DNA of 64,000 bases from Dendrobates tinctorius. Its lineage: Eukaryota. Both the position numbers and the translations under genes were made by a program. The first letter of the stretch is position 1; each line of letters begins with the position of its first letter. Location of the stretch: NCBI RefSeq assembly GCF_039654945.1, contig NW_027361707.1, positions 43,958,001-44,022,000 on the forward strand, written 5' to 3'. Below, piece after piece: positions 1 through 12,504 of this stretch. The notes under the pieces were generated by a model. The model was not told the DNA's origin and ran no database searches. It saw only the letters and a list, made by a program, of their open reading frames with translations.

Positions 1-656
1 GTCCGACCACTTGTATCCGCACGGATCGGCAGAATGGGGAACTCTGTGGTGCAGATGCCCATTCTTTCCCTATGAAGCTGCCAAGAATAAATGGAGCGGC
101 GGTCCAGCATCCAACCTGCCGCTCCATCTTATAACGGGGATATAAGTGTCTCGTAGGGTTAAACATTGCCCTTTCTGCAAGTCTCATTGCAGGTCCCAGC
201 AGTCAGACCCCCACCAATCCACGGCTTGTCACAATACTGTGAATTAATGCAATATAAACAAAATACCCCAAAATAATGGAAGCATTTTTTTCACTATTTT
301 ACACTTGGAGTTTTTCTCTTATTTTTCAGCCCGTTATGTGAACGGTCTCCTGGAATAAAACGAGGCCGCTTACAGCTCTGCCGACAGAAAAAGCGGTGGG
401 TCATGGAAGCAGGGGAGGAAAAGCTGAAAACTGTCAGCTGTGGGAAGCTGATAAAGGGGTTTCCATAAAGCCCCTGAGCACAGGACAGGTGGTAGGTGTG
501 ACCTCTGGGACTGCTGATCTTCCTCAGGACTGCAGGAGGAGCAGGGGTCGAGTATCGGCATCTATGGGGCCGAGGCCGACAGCCAAGCGCTGTTCTCCGC
601 TGTCTTTCTCGGCCCCGTAGACGTTTAATTGATTACTCCATGCTTCACTCTGATCA

Positions 657-1330
657 AATATATAAAGTGCTCTCAGTGAGAGAAACAAAATAGGAATCTT
701 GTGGATATGATACATTTTAATGGCTAACAATAGTAAATGATGTTACAAAGCAATCTTTCGGGACAATCAGGCTGATATAGCAAAATATTTTTCATCAGGC
801 TGATATAGCAAAATATTTGAAGAAACCTTATTTATATACAGTTTAAAGCACATGCTGGTGTGATACATGGACATTTCAATAAACAAATACTGAGCTAGAA
901 GAGAGAATCCTTAATTAGTTAAGATTACATAAGGGGTGTGAAAGTTCTGTGAGATCAAAGGGCTGTTTGGATGAAATAGCTCAGATATGGTAATGGGCCA
1001 TAAAACCTTCTGACAAATTGAGTCCTGTGTGAATAGAATCAAAGATTGTAATGAATTTGTGTTCCCACACCCTTCGATGCTTCTGTGATTTAAAATTGCC
1101 TTTTAAAATTACAACTTTCATATTGGTTATGTTGTGTCCTGGATCACAGAAATGTTTAGCCACAGGTAAATGTTTTTTTTTGTCTGTATTATTTTTGTTG
1201 TCTTTACTACTTTTATTTGTTAGCCATTAAAAGGTATCATATCCACAAGATTCCTATTTTGTTTCTCTCACTGAGAGCACTTTATATATTATTTCTACTT
1301 GCTAACACGGTACCAAACCACTTTTTTCTT
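657..1330 (-). mobile_element. Penelope-like retroelement fragment (GIY-YIG C-terminus, inverted pLTR arms)
   Basis: ORF 981-1163(-) AKHF..H..ILKG....R..E....F.....GLN resembles the C-terminal end of a PLE GIY-YIG endonuclease; ~75 bp inverted arms (657-731 / 1218-1290); 13 bp TSD TTCACTCTGATCA (644-656, 1331-1343); disrupted hammerhead at 755-800. Confidence 0.85.
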
Positions 1331-1703
1331 TTCACTCTGATCATGCACTGAGGAGGTCCGGGGGGCTTGGGACCTGCACTTTAATGTGGCCCCTACAGTC
1401 AGGTGTATATCATCTCCTGTATATTGTGGTCAGGTGATAAATGTCTTTTAAGTCGCTGCTACATTACTCAATGCTATACTGAATCAAGTCCGACTATCTC
1501 CTGTCCACAGAACAGATGATCACTGTGGTCGCTCGGGGCCCCTCCTGTAGGACCCCTCAATCACTAGATCACAACCTCAGCGAGGGGTGGTGGATCAGCA
1601 GGCACAATGTGTGAGGAGGAGGAGCAGAGAGCTAACAGAGAAGCATTGGCTTCTCACAGGGCGAGCATTGTATCCTTATTTTAGGCTTTTGACCCTCATT
1701 GTT

Positions 1704-2050
1704 AGGCTCTGCTCACACTAGCCTATAACACGATTTGGCACGATCATATGATCGCAGCATGCTGCAAGTGGTCCGATCAGATCTCACACACTTACACTAG
1801 TCTGTGGATGCATGCAAAACATCGGACTGCACTCAGATGTCATCCGATTGCAGCCCGACAGCCGCAGCAATGGAGAAATTAAGTTCTCTTTCTTCTCCAC
1901 GCCTGTGCTGGGATTTTCTCATGCGAGAGGATCGGATGACACTAGGGTGACACTTGGATCGAGCTCTGACAAGAGTTTGATCCGACTATCATTAGTATTA
2001 TAGCCCCGATTCTCTCGACTGAGAGGACAGACATCACTACGAGCGACCCT
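1704..2050. mobile_element. degenerate PIF/Harbinger-type MITE
   Basis: aggctctgctcacac...gagcgaccct termini resemble the other GG..CACAC MITEs in the window. Confidence 0.45.
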
Positions 2051-2251
2051 TTAAACTGAGACATTGTGTTGTGGGCGCTCAGGTGAACTGTGATGCCTGA
2101 CAACAGAGTAACAATAAATCGTCTGTTTCCGCAGGATTTGGAAACCAGCTCATGATATGAATCTGGGATGAGTTTACTGAAATTCTGAATAAAAGCAGTA
2201 AAGTTACTGCATACTGCGCTCTACACAGTTAGAAATGGGAAGTGAAACATT

Positions 2252-2680
2252 AAAGGGAATCCGTCAGAAGGTTTTTGCTATATAATCTGAGCACAGCGTA
2301 ATGTAGGGGCAGAGAACCTAATGCTAGGGATGTGTCATTTATTAGGCTGTGTGCTGTAGTTTCAATACTATCAGTGTTTTCTCGGCAGGACATTATCATC
2401 AGAGGACTAGGTGTCGCGTGCACAGCAGTCCAGCTAATCTGTATAACCCCGCCCCCACCACTGATTGGCAGCTTGCTGACAACGCACAGTGCACACAGCT
2501 GTCAATCAGTGGTGTGGGCGGGGTTATACAGAGCTCAGCGTTCATAGCACTGCTGCATCTTCAGCAGAAAAACAGGGATTTTGCCAAAGCTGCACGAAGC
2601 AGCCCAGTAAGTGACACATCACTGGAATCAGGGTCTCTACCTCTACATCAGATGGTTCAGCAAAACAGCTGACAGCCTTT
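2252..2680. mobile_element. TTAA-type (Kolobok/T2-like) MITE
   Basis: ttaaagggaatccgtcag start with internal palindromic arms; related copy at about 25710-26510. Confidence 0.55.
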
Positions 2681-2838
2681 AGGAGTACATACCACGTGAG
2701 TCACATCTGCTTCAGATTCCCTTATGGATATTTATTGCAAATGCTAAAATCCATTGTAAAAATCTGAGATGTTGCCGATGGTCTCGGCAGCACGAGGATG
2801 ACATTTTTCAGTATTAATTTGTGCCTTTTTGCTTGCAG

Positions 2839-2906
2839 TTTGCTGACACGCAGCGCTCGTCCTCCGCATTTGCAGCGATATATTCTAAAGGAGGCATTCC
2901 CTGCAG
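2839..2906 (+). CDS. PACRGL: PACRG-like protein, internal coding exon (first one in window)
   Basis: ttgcag|TTT...TGCAG|gtaac; translates FADTQRSSSAFAAIYSKGGIPC(R), matching the PACRGL motif SAFAAIYSKGGIPCR. Confidence 0.95.
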
Positions 2907-3292
2907 GTAACGTCCCCAGCTTCAAGTTTCTACACAGGCAGAACTTTACATTAAAGAAGTTGTCGGCGGCGATCATCTGAGTTCTAAGGGACCTGAGTCC
3001 TCGTCATGTGTTGCAATATCTCGGAGGCTCCTGCACAGTGAATTCCTTCTCCCAATAATTAACTGCATCGTCTTTGCTCCTGTTCACTCCATGGTCAGGA
3101 ACTGTTTTTTTTTTTTTTTTTTTTTTTTTTGTTTTTTTTTGTTTGTTTTTTAATGTTGGGAGAATCGGCCAAGTTACCAGTTTTATCATTGTTAAATATG
3201 CAACTTGTTTCCTGTGGATTCATTAATGTTTCCAAGGTTTCTGAAAGTTCTTGTAATTTTCTGATATGTTGTGGGAACGTGTCAGTAGTGGT

Positions 3293-3690
3293 GATGAGCA
3301 AACTTGCATCCTATAAAGTGTTATCTGAGCATGCTCGGGTGCTAACCAAACTTGTATCGCATAAAGTGTTATCTGAGCATGCTCGGGTGGTAACCAAACT
3401 TGCATCATATAAAGTGTTATCTGAGCATGCTCGGGTGGTAGCCAAACTTGCATCGTATAAAGTGTTATCTGAGCATGCTCGGGTGCTAACCAAACTTGCA
3501 TCGTATAAAGTGTTATCTGAGCATGCTCGGGTGCTAACCAAACTTGTATCGTATAAAGTGTTATCTGAGCATGCTCGGGTGCGAACTGAGTGACTTCTGC
3601 GTGCTCAAATAATATGTTTGATTCCCCGCTCCTGCATGTTTCGCAGCTGTTCAACAACCACAAAACATGCAGGGATTGCCTAACAAATAG
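3293..3690. repeat. 48-bp minisatellite (6 copies) at the end of a hAT-type MITE
   Basis: unit AAACTTGCATCGTATAAAGTGTTATCTGAGCATGCTCGGGTGCTAACC (3300-3582); unit and downstream sequence match the MITE at 41620-41906. Confidence 0.85.
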
Positions 3691-3844
3691 TGTATACGCT
3701 GCTCAAAAAAATAAAGGGAATGCTAAAATACCATATCCTAGATATCACTGAATGAAATATTCCAGTTGCAAATCTCTATTCATTACATAGTGGAATGCAT
3801 TGAGAACAATAAAACATAAACATGATCAATGTAAATTAAAAGTA

Positions 3845-4329
3845 CCGTTTATACTCGTGTATAAGCCGAGATTTTCAGCCCATGTTTTTGGACTGAAACA
3901 AGCCGGGGGGCTGCAGAGACGAGCGCCAGGAGGGGGTGAGTATGAACGGGGGGAACATATTCACCTGTCCCCGTTCCAGCGCTGCGCGTCGCTCTGCTGT
4001 CTTGTGTCCTCTGCAGTGACATTCAGGTCAGAGGGCACGATGACGTAGTTAGTACGCGCCCTCTGCCTGAACAGTCACTGCAGAGCCGGCGGCAACGCTG
4101 ATGGGCAGCGACGGAGGTGAGTCTACAGTTTTTTTTTGTTTTTTTTGTAACGGAGGCAGCAGCAGCAACATGATGGGGCCACTCAGTGTCCTCATTATCT
4201 GGGGCCACTCACTGTGCAGCAAAACTGGGGCCACTCACTGTGCACCCTTCACTTATACGCGAGTCAATAAGTTTTCCCAGTTTTTTGTGACAAAATTAGG
4301 GGGGTCGGCTTATACACGAGTATATACGG
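3845..4329. mobile_element. Tigger/pogo-like MITE
   Basis: TA-flanked TIRs ccgtttatactcgtgtataagccga / tcggcttatacacgagtatatacgg. Confidence 0.8.
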
Positions 4330-4533
4330 TAATATCCCGTGGAGGTCTGGATTTGGAATAATACTCAAAATCAAAGTGGAAAATCAAATGACAGGTTGAT
4401 CCAACTTCAGGACAAGGAGATGATGCTCAGTAGTGTGTGTGGCCTCCACATGCCTGTATGACCTCCCTGGAATGTCTGAGCACACTCCTGATGAGGCGGC
4501 GGATGTTTTCCTCCCAGACCTGGATTAAAGTAT

Positions 4534-5574
4534 TAAACAACCTATGTAAGAAACAAATCCTCCAATGGACTTTTTTCATATAAAAATAAATTTTTATTGA
4601 ACAATGTCATAACAAATTTAAAAAGGGATGATGACACACAGAAAAACCAATGCAAAACATTGTGCGGGAGGAAGTTTTTTGCCCTATATGTAATAGTAAA
4701 TGCCAAAGGCCAGATTTCCAAAAAAAATAATACATACAATAATAAAGATTAGAACAAGTGGGATTTGGAAGTCACAAAAAATAACTAAGAGCTCAAAAAC
4801 AAATCCAAAAGGACAAATTATGGGGTTAAATATTTATGCAATTTTGCAGATGAGAAAATGCACCAATTATTGTTCCATAGATATAGCCCAGAGAAACTAC
4901 CTAAAGCTGAATTTTTTGCACACCATGGCCAAACGATATATAAATAATCCACATGAAATGAAACAATAGTGCACCCCTTCTGAGGAAGAAAATCGAAACG
5001 CACGTCAAGGGGGTACGTTGTGGCGGTCCTGGACACTGGATAAATATTTGCACCTTTTTAGCCCTTTGATTATTATTCTAGCTGTGTTACTATTGTTTCA
5101 TTTCATGTGGATTATTTATATATCGTTTGGCCATGGTGTGCAAAAAATTCAGCTTTAGGTAGTTTCTCTGGGCTATATCTATGGAACAATAATTGGTGCA
5201 TTTTCTCATCTGCAAAATTGCATAAATATTTAACCCCATAATTTGTCCTTTTGGATTTGTTTTTGAGCTCTTAGTTATTTTTTGTGACTTCCAAATCCCA
5301 CTTGTTCTAATCTTTATTATTGTTTGTATTATTTTTTTGGAAATCTGGGCTTTGGCATTTACTATTACATATAGGGCAAAAAACTTTTCCTCCCGCACAA
5401 TGTTTTGCATTGGTTTTTCTGTGTGTCATTATCCCATTTTAAATTTGTTATGACATTGTTCAATAAAAATGTATTTTTATTTGAAAAAAGTCCATTGAAG
5501 GATTTGTTTCTTATATAGGTTGTTTGTCGTTCACGGTTTTCCGTGTTAATTCTTTGGGGCGGTCTCTTTGTCCA
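4534..5574 (+). mobile_element. non-coding Penelope-like insertion: ~436 bp inverted repeat around a hammerhead ribozyme
   Basis: arms 4535-4970 and 5089-5525 are near-identical reverse complements; 14 bp TSD CTGGATTAAAGTAT (4520-4533, 5575-5588). Confidence 0.85.
4969..5016 (+). ncRNA. minimal type I hammerhead ribozyme
   Basis: cccctt CTGAGGA a ga aaa tc GAAA c gcac GTC aagggg: stem I, canonical core, short stem II, GUC cleavage triplet. Confidence 0.8.
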
Positions 5575-5910
5575 CTGGATTAAAGTATCAGTCTGTGGTG
5601 CAGCGTGGTGCTGGTGGATGGAATGAGACACAATGTCCCAGATGTGCTCAATTGGATTCAGGTCTGGAGAATGGGCAGGCCAGTCCATAGCTTCAATGCC
5701 TTCATGATGCAGGAACTGCTGACACACTCCAGCCACCTCAGGCCTAGCATTGTCATGAATCAGAAGGAACCCAGGACCCAGTGCACCAGCATATGGTCTC
5801 ACAATGGGTCTGAGGATGTCATCTTGGTACCTAATAGCAGTTAGGGTACCTCTGGCGAGCACATGGTGGGCTGTGCGGTGCTCCAAAGAAATGCCTCCCT
5901 ACACCATTAC

Positions 5911-6812
5911 TGTTGTGAACTCATTTTCTGGTTTACCTCTGGCTTCTGGTGAGGGTGGTGGAGCTGGCTGTGTTGACAGAGGAGTCGTGAGTTCTCCATC
6001 CGGGCTCCCTCTGGTGGTGACAGCAGGTAATGAAGCTGACCTGCCACCTGAGGAGGAGGACTGTGATTGGACATCAGGAGTCTCTGACTGGATTTAAGAC
6101 AGCAGACTCCCTAATTTTGTGCTGGTGATTTTTTTCCTGCCCTGAGGTTCTGGTTTCCAGTTCTGTTCCTGCCTTCTCAAGCTAAGTGTGCTCTGCTATT
6201 TTTTCACATGAGATTTGGTCTGGTTTACTCAGTTTTTGTGGTCAGCCAGCCCCTGCTGGGGCTGTGCTGAATTTCCATTCTTATGTCTCTGTTTATGCCA
6301 GTTTGCTTTTTGTCCCTGATCAGATTGGTCTCTTTTTGCTTTGTCTTCAGAATATACCAGAGTGCTGATATAGGGAATTGAAGTCTAGCGACTTCAGGGT
6401 TTTTGTTATTAGAAAGTGTTGGACATTTTTTGGCAGGGTTTTGTGCGTGATTGCAGACAGCATCTTTCCTTTCCTGTCCTTTCTAGTTAGTGTGGGCTCC
6501 ATCGTTTGCTCAGCCTATTTTTCTATCTGTGTTTGTGTTTTCATCTTGTCTCACCGACAATACATGTTTGGGGGCTGTCTATTGCTTTGGGGTCTGCTCT
6601 GGGGCAGTTTAGATTTCCCCTTTCTTGCTTTAGGCTTATTTAGGTCTCCGGCTGTGACGAGGCGTCTAGGATCATCGTAGGTACGCTCCACGGCTACTGC
6701 TAGTTGTGTGGATAGGATCAGGGGTCTGCAATCCGCTTAGTTACCAACCTCTCTGGTTTTCTGGGGCTTAGCTTGTTTTTGTTTTTTCCTCCTCAGTGAC
6801 TCATTCATAACA
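5911..6812. mobile_element. solo LTR (probably Gypsy type)
   Basis: TGTTGTGAA...TTCATAACA termini; 5 bp TSD ATTAC (5906-5910, 6813-6817); interrupts the Tc1 transposase. Confidence 0.8.
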
Positions 6813-7710
6813 ATTACTGAACCATTGCTAAACCAGTCATGCTGGAGGATGTTGCAGGCAGCAGTATGTGCTCCACGGCGTCTCCAAACTCTGGAACATG
6901 TGTTCAATGTGAACCTGCTCTCATCCATGAAGAGCACAGGGCGCCAATTTCGAATCAACCAATCTTGGTGTTCTCAGGCAAATGCCAATTGCCCTGCATG
7001 GTGTTGGACTGTAAGCACAACACCCACTTATGGACGTCGGGCCCTCATACTGCCCTCACGGAGTCTGTTTCTGACAGTTTGAGCAGACACATGGATGTTA
7101 GTGGTTGCTGTAGGTTGTTTTGCAGGGCTCTGGTACTGTTCCTCTTGTTCCTTCTTGCACAAATGAGGAGGTAGCGGTACTGCTACTGGGTTGTTGCCCT
7201 CCTACAGCCCATTCCACATCTCCTGGTGTACTGGCCTGTCTCCTGGTATCTGTTCCATATTCTGGATATGGTGCTGAAAGACACAGCTACCGTTCTTGCC
7301 ACAGCTCACATTGATGTGCCATCCTGGATGAGCTGCACTACTTGAGCAACTCCTGTGGATTGCAGACACTGCCTCATACTACTGTACAGTACCTCCAATG
7401 GTGAGAGCAGTGACAAAATGCAAAAGTGACCAAAACAGCCAAAAAGGAGAACAGAGAAATGGTCTGTGGTCACCCCAGCAGAACCACTTCTTTTATAGAG
7501 CTTGTCTTGATAATTGCCGATCATTTCTACCTGTTGTCTGTTCCATTTGCACAACAGCAGGAGAAATCAGTGTTCATTCATAACTGGACAGGTTGATTTC
7601 ACAGAAGTGTGATTAGAGTTACATTGTGCTGTTTAAGTGTTCCCTTTATTTTTTTTTCAACAGTGTAGTTTACAAGGAGGGATGGGGAGGCAATACTATC
7701 TGTGAATATA

Positions 7711-8034
7711 CAGTTGTTTAAAAAAGTGTTTCCCCCTTCCTGATTTCCTATTCTTTTGCATGTTTGTCACACCTAAATGTTTCAGATAACCCACAGTGAT
7801 TTTATGTTTTAAGTGGGAGAGACAATCATTTCTTCACACAGGGCTCTGTAGGTTTGGATTTCTTTTCCCCTTAATAGTAAAGACCCTCAATTAAAAACTG
7901 CATTTTATGATTACTTGTGTTATCTTTGTCTAATATTTAAATTTGTTTGGTGATCTGAAACATTTAAATGTGACAAACATGCAAAAGAATAGGAAATCAT
8001 GAAGAGGAAGGGGGCAAACACTTTCACACAACTG
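7711..8034. mobile_element. internally deleted Tc1-type MITE
   Basis: TA-flanked long TIRs cagttgtttaaaaaagtgtttccccc / gggggcaaacactttcacacaactg. Confidence 0.8.
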
Positions 8035-8189
8035 TATAATTAACATTAAGAGATGGGGGCAGCACTGTCTGTGATTATATAACTTACAGTAGATAAGAGG
8101 CGACCACACTCAATATCAGTCTTGAATGAAGTGCAATAATTTATTCATTTAGCAGGATTAAACAACGTGTCAGTAGGCATAAAGACATA

Positions 8190-9740
8190 TGTGATAAGGT
8201 ACCTGCAGATGGGAGCATCTTTCAATCTTTACAGATAACACCAAGCGATGTAATCTAGTGCAGTCTATGAAAGATGTTCCTAAGTTTCTGGCAGACTGAG
8301 CACTGTTTAGGCATTCACTTGGGCGTGAAGGTTCAATGTGGAGAAATGTAAAGTTATGCACCTCGGCATTAATAATATGTGGGCATCGCCTGTTCTAGGG
8401 GGAGGAGAAATATAAGGATTCTTGTCTACTTGTAGATCACAATGGCAATCATCAGCTTCTAAAGCCACCAGGCTCTTGTCATGTATTCGACAACACTTGG
8501 ACTCACGGGACGGGGATGTAATGCTGCCACTTTACAAAGCGCTAGTGCAACCAAATACAAATACATAAATGGCCCCCGCAAATAGTATGGTCAAAAACTG
8601 TCTAATGTAAATCTGCCTCACGAGACAAGAGGGCACTCCCTGCTCATGGAGAGAGAAAGGTCCGATCTCCAGAGTGTGCACGTCTCCTTCACCATAAGAC
8701 CGATTGATCTGTGGAACGCTCTACTCAGGAGATGGTCACAGTGGGAATCATCAGTGGGTTTAAAAAAGGCTTAGATGCTTTTTAGAACATAATAGCACTA
8801 GTAGAGTACCCGTGGCTTCACTCACGGAAAATGTTAAATTTAGCCCTCACACAGTATTACTATGACCTGAAGGAGCTCACATCTCAGTAATGAAAACTGC
8901 CTCATAGCAACCAATCAGAGCTCAGCTTTCACTTTACCTCAGCAGCTTCAGTGATGAAAGCTCCCTGTATAGTAAGCAATAATGACAATCTTACTATGAG
9001 GCATCTTTCGTCTGACCAATATTGCTGCTCAGTAATGTTCGTCCGGTTGCGTAGGATGCATCCATCTGAGTGTGTGTGGTCCTTGCGTGCGTGCGCGCGC
9101 GTGTGTGTGTGGTGTGCATGTGGTATTTATAGGGTGGTGTTGTGGTATTTGTGGGGTGTTGTGCTTGTGGGTTGGTTTGTGACCTGTCTGTGTGATGTTT
9201 GTATGGTGTTTGTGAAATGTTTGTGTGTGGTGGTGCGTCCCCTTTAGCAGCGACTCTTTTGCGCCGTAACTATATTCCGTCCCTGTTAGTCACAAATGTT
9301 GTTTTCCCCTCAGCACTTTTACTTTCACCTTCACATTTCCCTATTATATGTATAGGGCCTAACTTCGGGGGCCCCAATCTCATGACGGGGGGACGCTAGC
9401 GAGATGTAACGTGCGCAGTATTCTGCTGCTGTGGGTGGAGAGGGGGCATGCCAAATTTCACCCAAATCGGGCGAGAACTGTGGATCTGTATAGAGCGGGC
9501 TATTACAGATTTTGAGATATATACAGTATATATATATTATATATGTGTAAATACTTAAGTAATTGTAAAAAGTCCTTGTGGACACTTGGGATCAGGAGGC
9601 CAAATCTCGCTTTTTAGAGCAGACTGGATCATACATTAAGGCGGTACCTCTACCCCATTCCTTTATCCATTCCCGTCCATCGGGAGAACTTGATGGACAT
9701 GCGTCGTCTTTCCACCCTTGATAATTATGTCATTACTATG
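8190..9740 (+). mobile_element. CR1-type LINE 3' fragment interrupted by a Helitron
   Basis: decayed FNVEKCKVMH- and LYKALV-like coding remnants; CR1-like 3' end ggagaacttgatggacat...actatg at about 9683-9740. Confidence 0.65.
8798..9545 (-). mobile_element. non-autonomous Helitron (DINE/HINE-like)
   Basis: minus-strand 3' end CTAG|T preceded by hairpin ccgtg...cacgg (8810-8827); internal GT-rich tract; TA-rich opposite end whose boundary is approximate. Confidence 0.65.
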
Positions 9741-9865
9741 GATGAGGGATAACTTTCTACTTTGGAAATAAGCCTTTAATAGATTCTTTCTTCAGTTATT
9801 TTACATTTTGTCATAGCTTTTTCCAATCAGTTACAGTCTAAAAAGTTGTAGGCTTTTAAGTATAA

Positions 9866-10000
<135 letters not shown>

Positions 10001-10748
10001 TAACCCTTCCACTGTATGGATTCTCTATTTTTCCATAGAGCTCCAGCGGTGGCAACTTTCTTTGTTTGACCAAAGCAGCAGGCAGGATTTTCTCTCCTTC
10101 AGTGACACATAAAGGGGATGTCCGCCACTGGGCACATGTTGTTTCTTACTTAAATGCATCTATTTGAGGCTAAAATAATCAAAATTGGGTTTTATTAAAA
10201 ACTTTGCACTGATTGTTTTTTCCAAGTTCTTTCTTTCTCTGCACCTTCAACTTTGGTGTGGTCAGTGATCATAAATCATCCGAGAAGAGCTCCGAAAAAG
10301 ACAGATAAAAATTACAAACTTCCTCTCAGATATCATAGTGAGCGCAATGACAGGCTCAGTTAAAGGGATATTTTCATGTTATTAAATTGGTTTATTTAGT
10401 TAGACATCATAAAAATAAGCAAGTTTGCAATTGACTTGCTTTTTCTATCTGCTTTTGTCTTACATAGTGTACAGCTGGTTATCAATGAGCTCAGCCAACA
10501 TTGCCTGCGCAGATGAGCGTGTGCCCCATTATATTCCAGGACAGGAGTTAACTCCTAAGATACCATTAAATTCCAAACAGCAGTTATCTGCTCACCTCCC
10601 TCTGTCTCTATCATAGCTCCTGAGCTGTTATTAGTGCTTCATGTTCGTAAGCCCCCCAGTCCCAATGCAGTACTCCTAATCATGGCTCTGTGGACTTGTT
10701 CAAATGCCCTGTTATCTCCATATGTAAATACTGTGATATATACACTTA

Positions 10749-11165
10749 AGGACCCGTCACACACAGCGATCTCGCTAGCGAGATCGCTGATTTTGTGCCG
10801 CCACAGCGAGATCACTGTGTGTGACGGGGATCAGCGACCGGCCCCCCTGCTGGGTATCGCTGATCGTCCTTGATCGGCCTGGGCCGTTTTTCGATCGCTA
10901 GTCTCCCACTGGCCAACACGCTTCGCTGCGTGTGGCAGCAAGAGATCAGGGACGCTGGTTTCTAATGTAAACAGCGGGTAGCCAGGAGTCGCACAGCTCT
11001 TAGATACCCGATGTTTACATTAGAAACCAGCGTCGCTGGTCCTGATCGCTGGAGGGGCTGTCTTGTGACAGCTCACCAGCGATCAGCCTAACGATGTCCC
11101 AGCGATCTCATCATATTGGATCGTTGGTGGGATCGCTGGGACATCGTTATGTGTAACGGGGCCTT
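10749..11165. mobile_element. PIF/Harbinger-type MITE (cgatctcgct family)
   Basis: TIRs ggacccgtcacac / gtgtaacggggcc with TWA flanks; relatives at 25775-26182, 43920-44316, 53660-54069 and 63064-63172 (partial). Confidence 0.75.
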
Positions 11166-11934
11166 TAGAAGAACCCTCTTACAAACCTGACCTTTATAGG
11201 TGTTGTCCAGGTTTGTGATTAAAGTCTGCAGTTACTCTATGATTGCAGACTTCGTAAATCTCAATTATCGCTGTCAGCGTTCTCCAGTGTCGGCGTCAAG
11301 AGTGGGCGGTCATGTGACTGCAAGTATGCGATAATAATTTATTTCTATAGCGCCAACATGTTCTGCAGCACTTTACATTATAGAGGGGACGTGTACAGAC
11401 AATAACCATTACAGCATAGCAATTAACACATAGATCAAAAAGATACCAAGAGGAATGAGGGCCCTGCTCGCAAGCTTACAATCTATAAGGAAAAAGGGGA
11501 AACACGAAAGGTGGATAGTAACAATTGCTTGTATTGTTTTTGTTTGGGCCAGCCCTAGTGTAAAGATCAGGTGTTCCTGTTGCTGCATGAACCAGTTAAC
11601 AGTCTAAATATGTAACAGTACATACACAGAGGGCTATTAAATGCATAAAGCATGTGAGAACATGATGCGAGGAACCTGGGTATGGTAAAAAATTTTGAAT
11701 GAGCCACACAGGAATATTTAAGGTTAATGCGTTGAGGCGATAGGCCAGTCTGAACAAATGCGTCTTTAGGGCACGCTTAAAACTGTGGGGATTAAACGTA
11801 TTAACCTTGGTAGTGCATTCCAAAGAAATATCGCAGCACATGAAAAGTCTTGAAGATGGGAGTGGGAGGTTCTGATTAATGAGGATGTTAACCTCAGGTC
11901 ATTAGCAGAACGGAGGGCACGGGTAGAGTGGTAG

Positions 11935-12416
11935 TGACAAGGAAGCTATTTAGGGAGGGCTAAATTAACCCTTCATGGTTGACCAAGTGATTTCCAAATT
12001 AATCCACAGAGTGTTGCTAGCAACTGGAATGACCAGACGGAGATGTGTCTCTGTATGGGAGGATGAAAGGAGATTGCTAACCCCGTTTATTATGCCACCT
12101 CTTTTATAGTAGTTTGCCTAATTATGCAAAGTACCCAGTTACCAATAGCATCGTCGTGACACATTTACTTTATAGGTCAATAGTATTGCAAGAAAATCGG
12201 AATATGTCCCTAGTTACGTGACGTAGAGAATAGAACAATAGCACATTCATCAGGGTCTTATATCTTGTGCAAGCTGGAACAGTCTTGTTTTATAACAGCT
12301 GTGAACTTTCACCTAGTTACAAAATTTAACTCGTAAACAACAAAATGGTGTCGCAAGCACAAAAATGGAGGTCTGGAGAACAAGATGTCCCGTACAACTG
12401 AATACTGTACTTGACA
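11935..12416 (-). repeat. ERV 3' LTR
   Basis: TG...CA termini; preceded on the minus strand by the purine tract AGGGGGGAT (12417-12425). Confidence 0.92.
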
Positions 12417-12504
12417 ATCCCCCCTAGATAAATTTTGTTAACTAATATACAGTATCAGAGGTGCTATCCCAAGCAATAAACTCGAGGGGTACTGGTCTTC
12501 ACAT

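Larger units (their letters stand above)
3697..7665 (-). mobile_element. Tc1 DD34E transposon, decayed, with three nested insertions
   Basis: TA-flanked TIRs (cgctgctcaaaaaaataaagggaa / ttccctttattttttttcaacagtg); fragments VLFMDESRF (6737-6958) and HDNARP...SPDLNPIEH (5365-5886). Confidence 0.9.

Noticed and set aside
2135-2200. Possible upstream PACRGL exon after ttccgcag
   Set aside because: All three frames stop quickly and none resembles the expected PSDKLNPKT segment.
3129-3663. ORFs encoding 16-aa repeat proteins
   Set aside because: Translation artefact of the 48-bp minisatellite.
4700-5410. Two identical ORFs on opposite strands (also 58753-59136 / 59856-60338)
   Set aside because: Mirror translations of inverted-repeat arms; no recognisable domain.
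8100-8190. Additional PLE end with a hammerhead remnant (cactc...tttatt...acaacgtgtc)
   Set aside because: Core too decayed and no TSD found.
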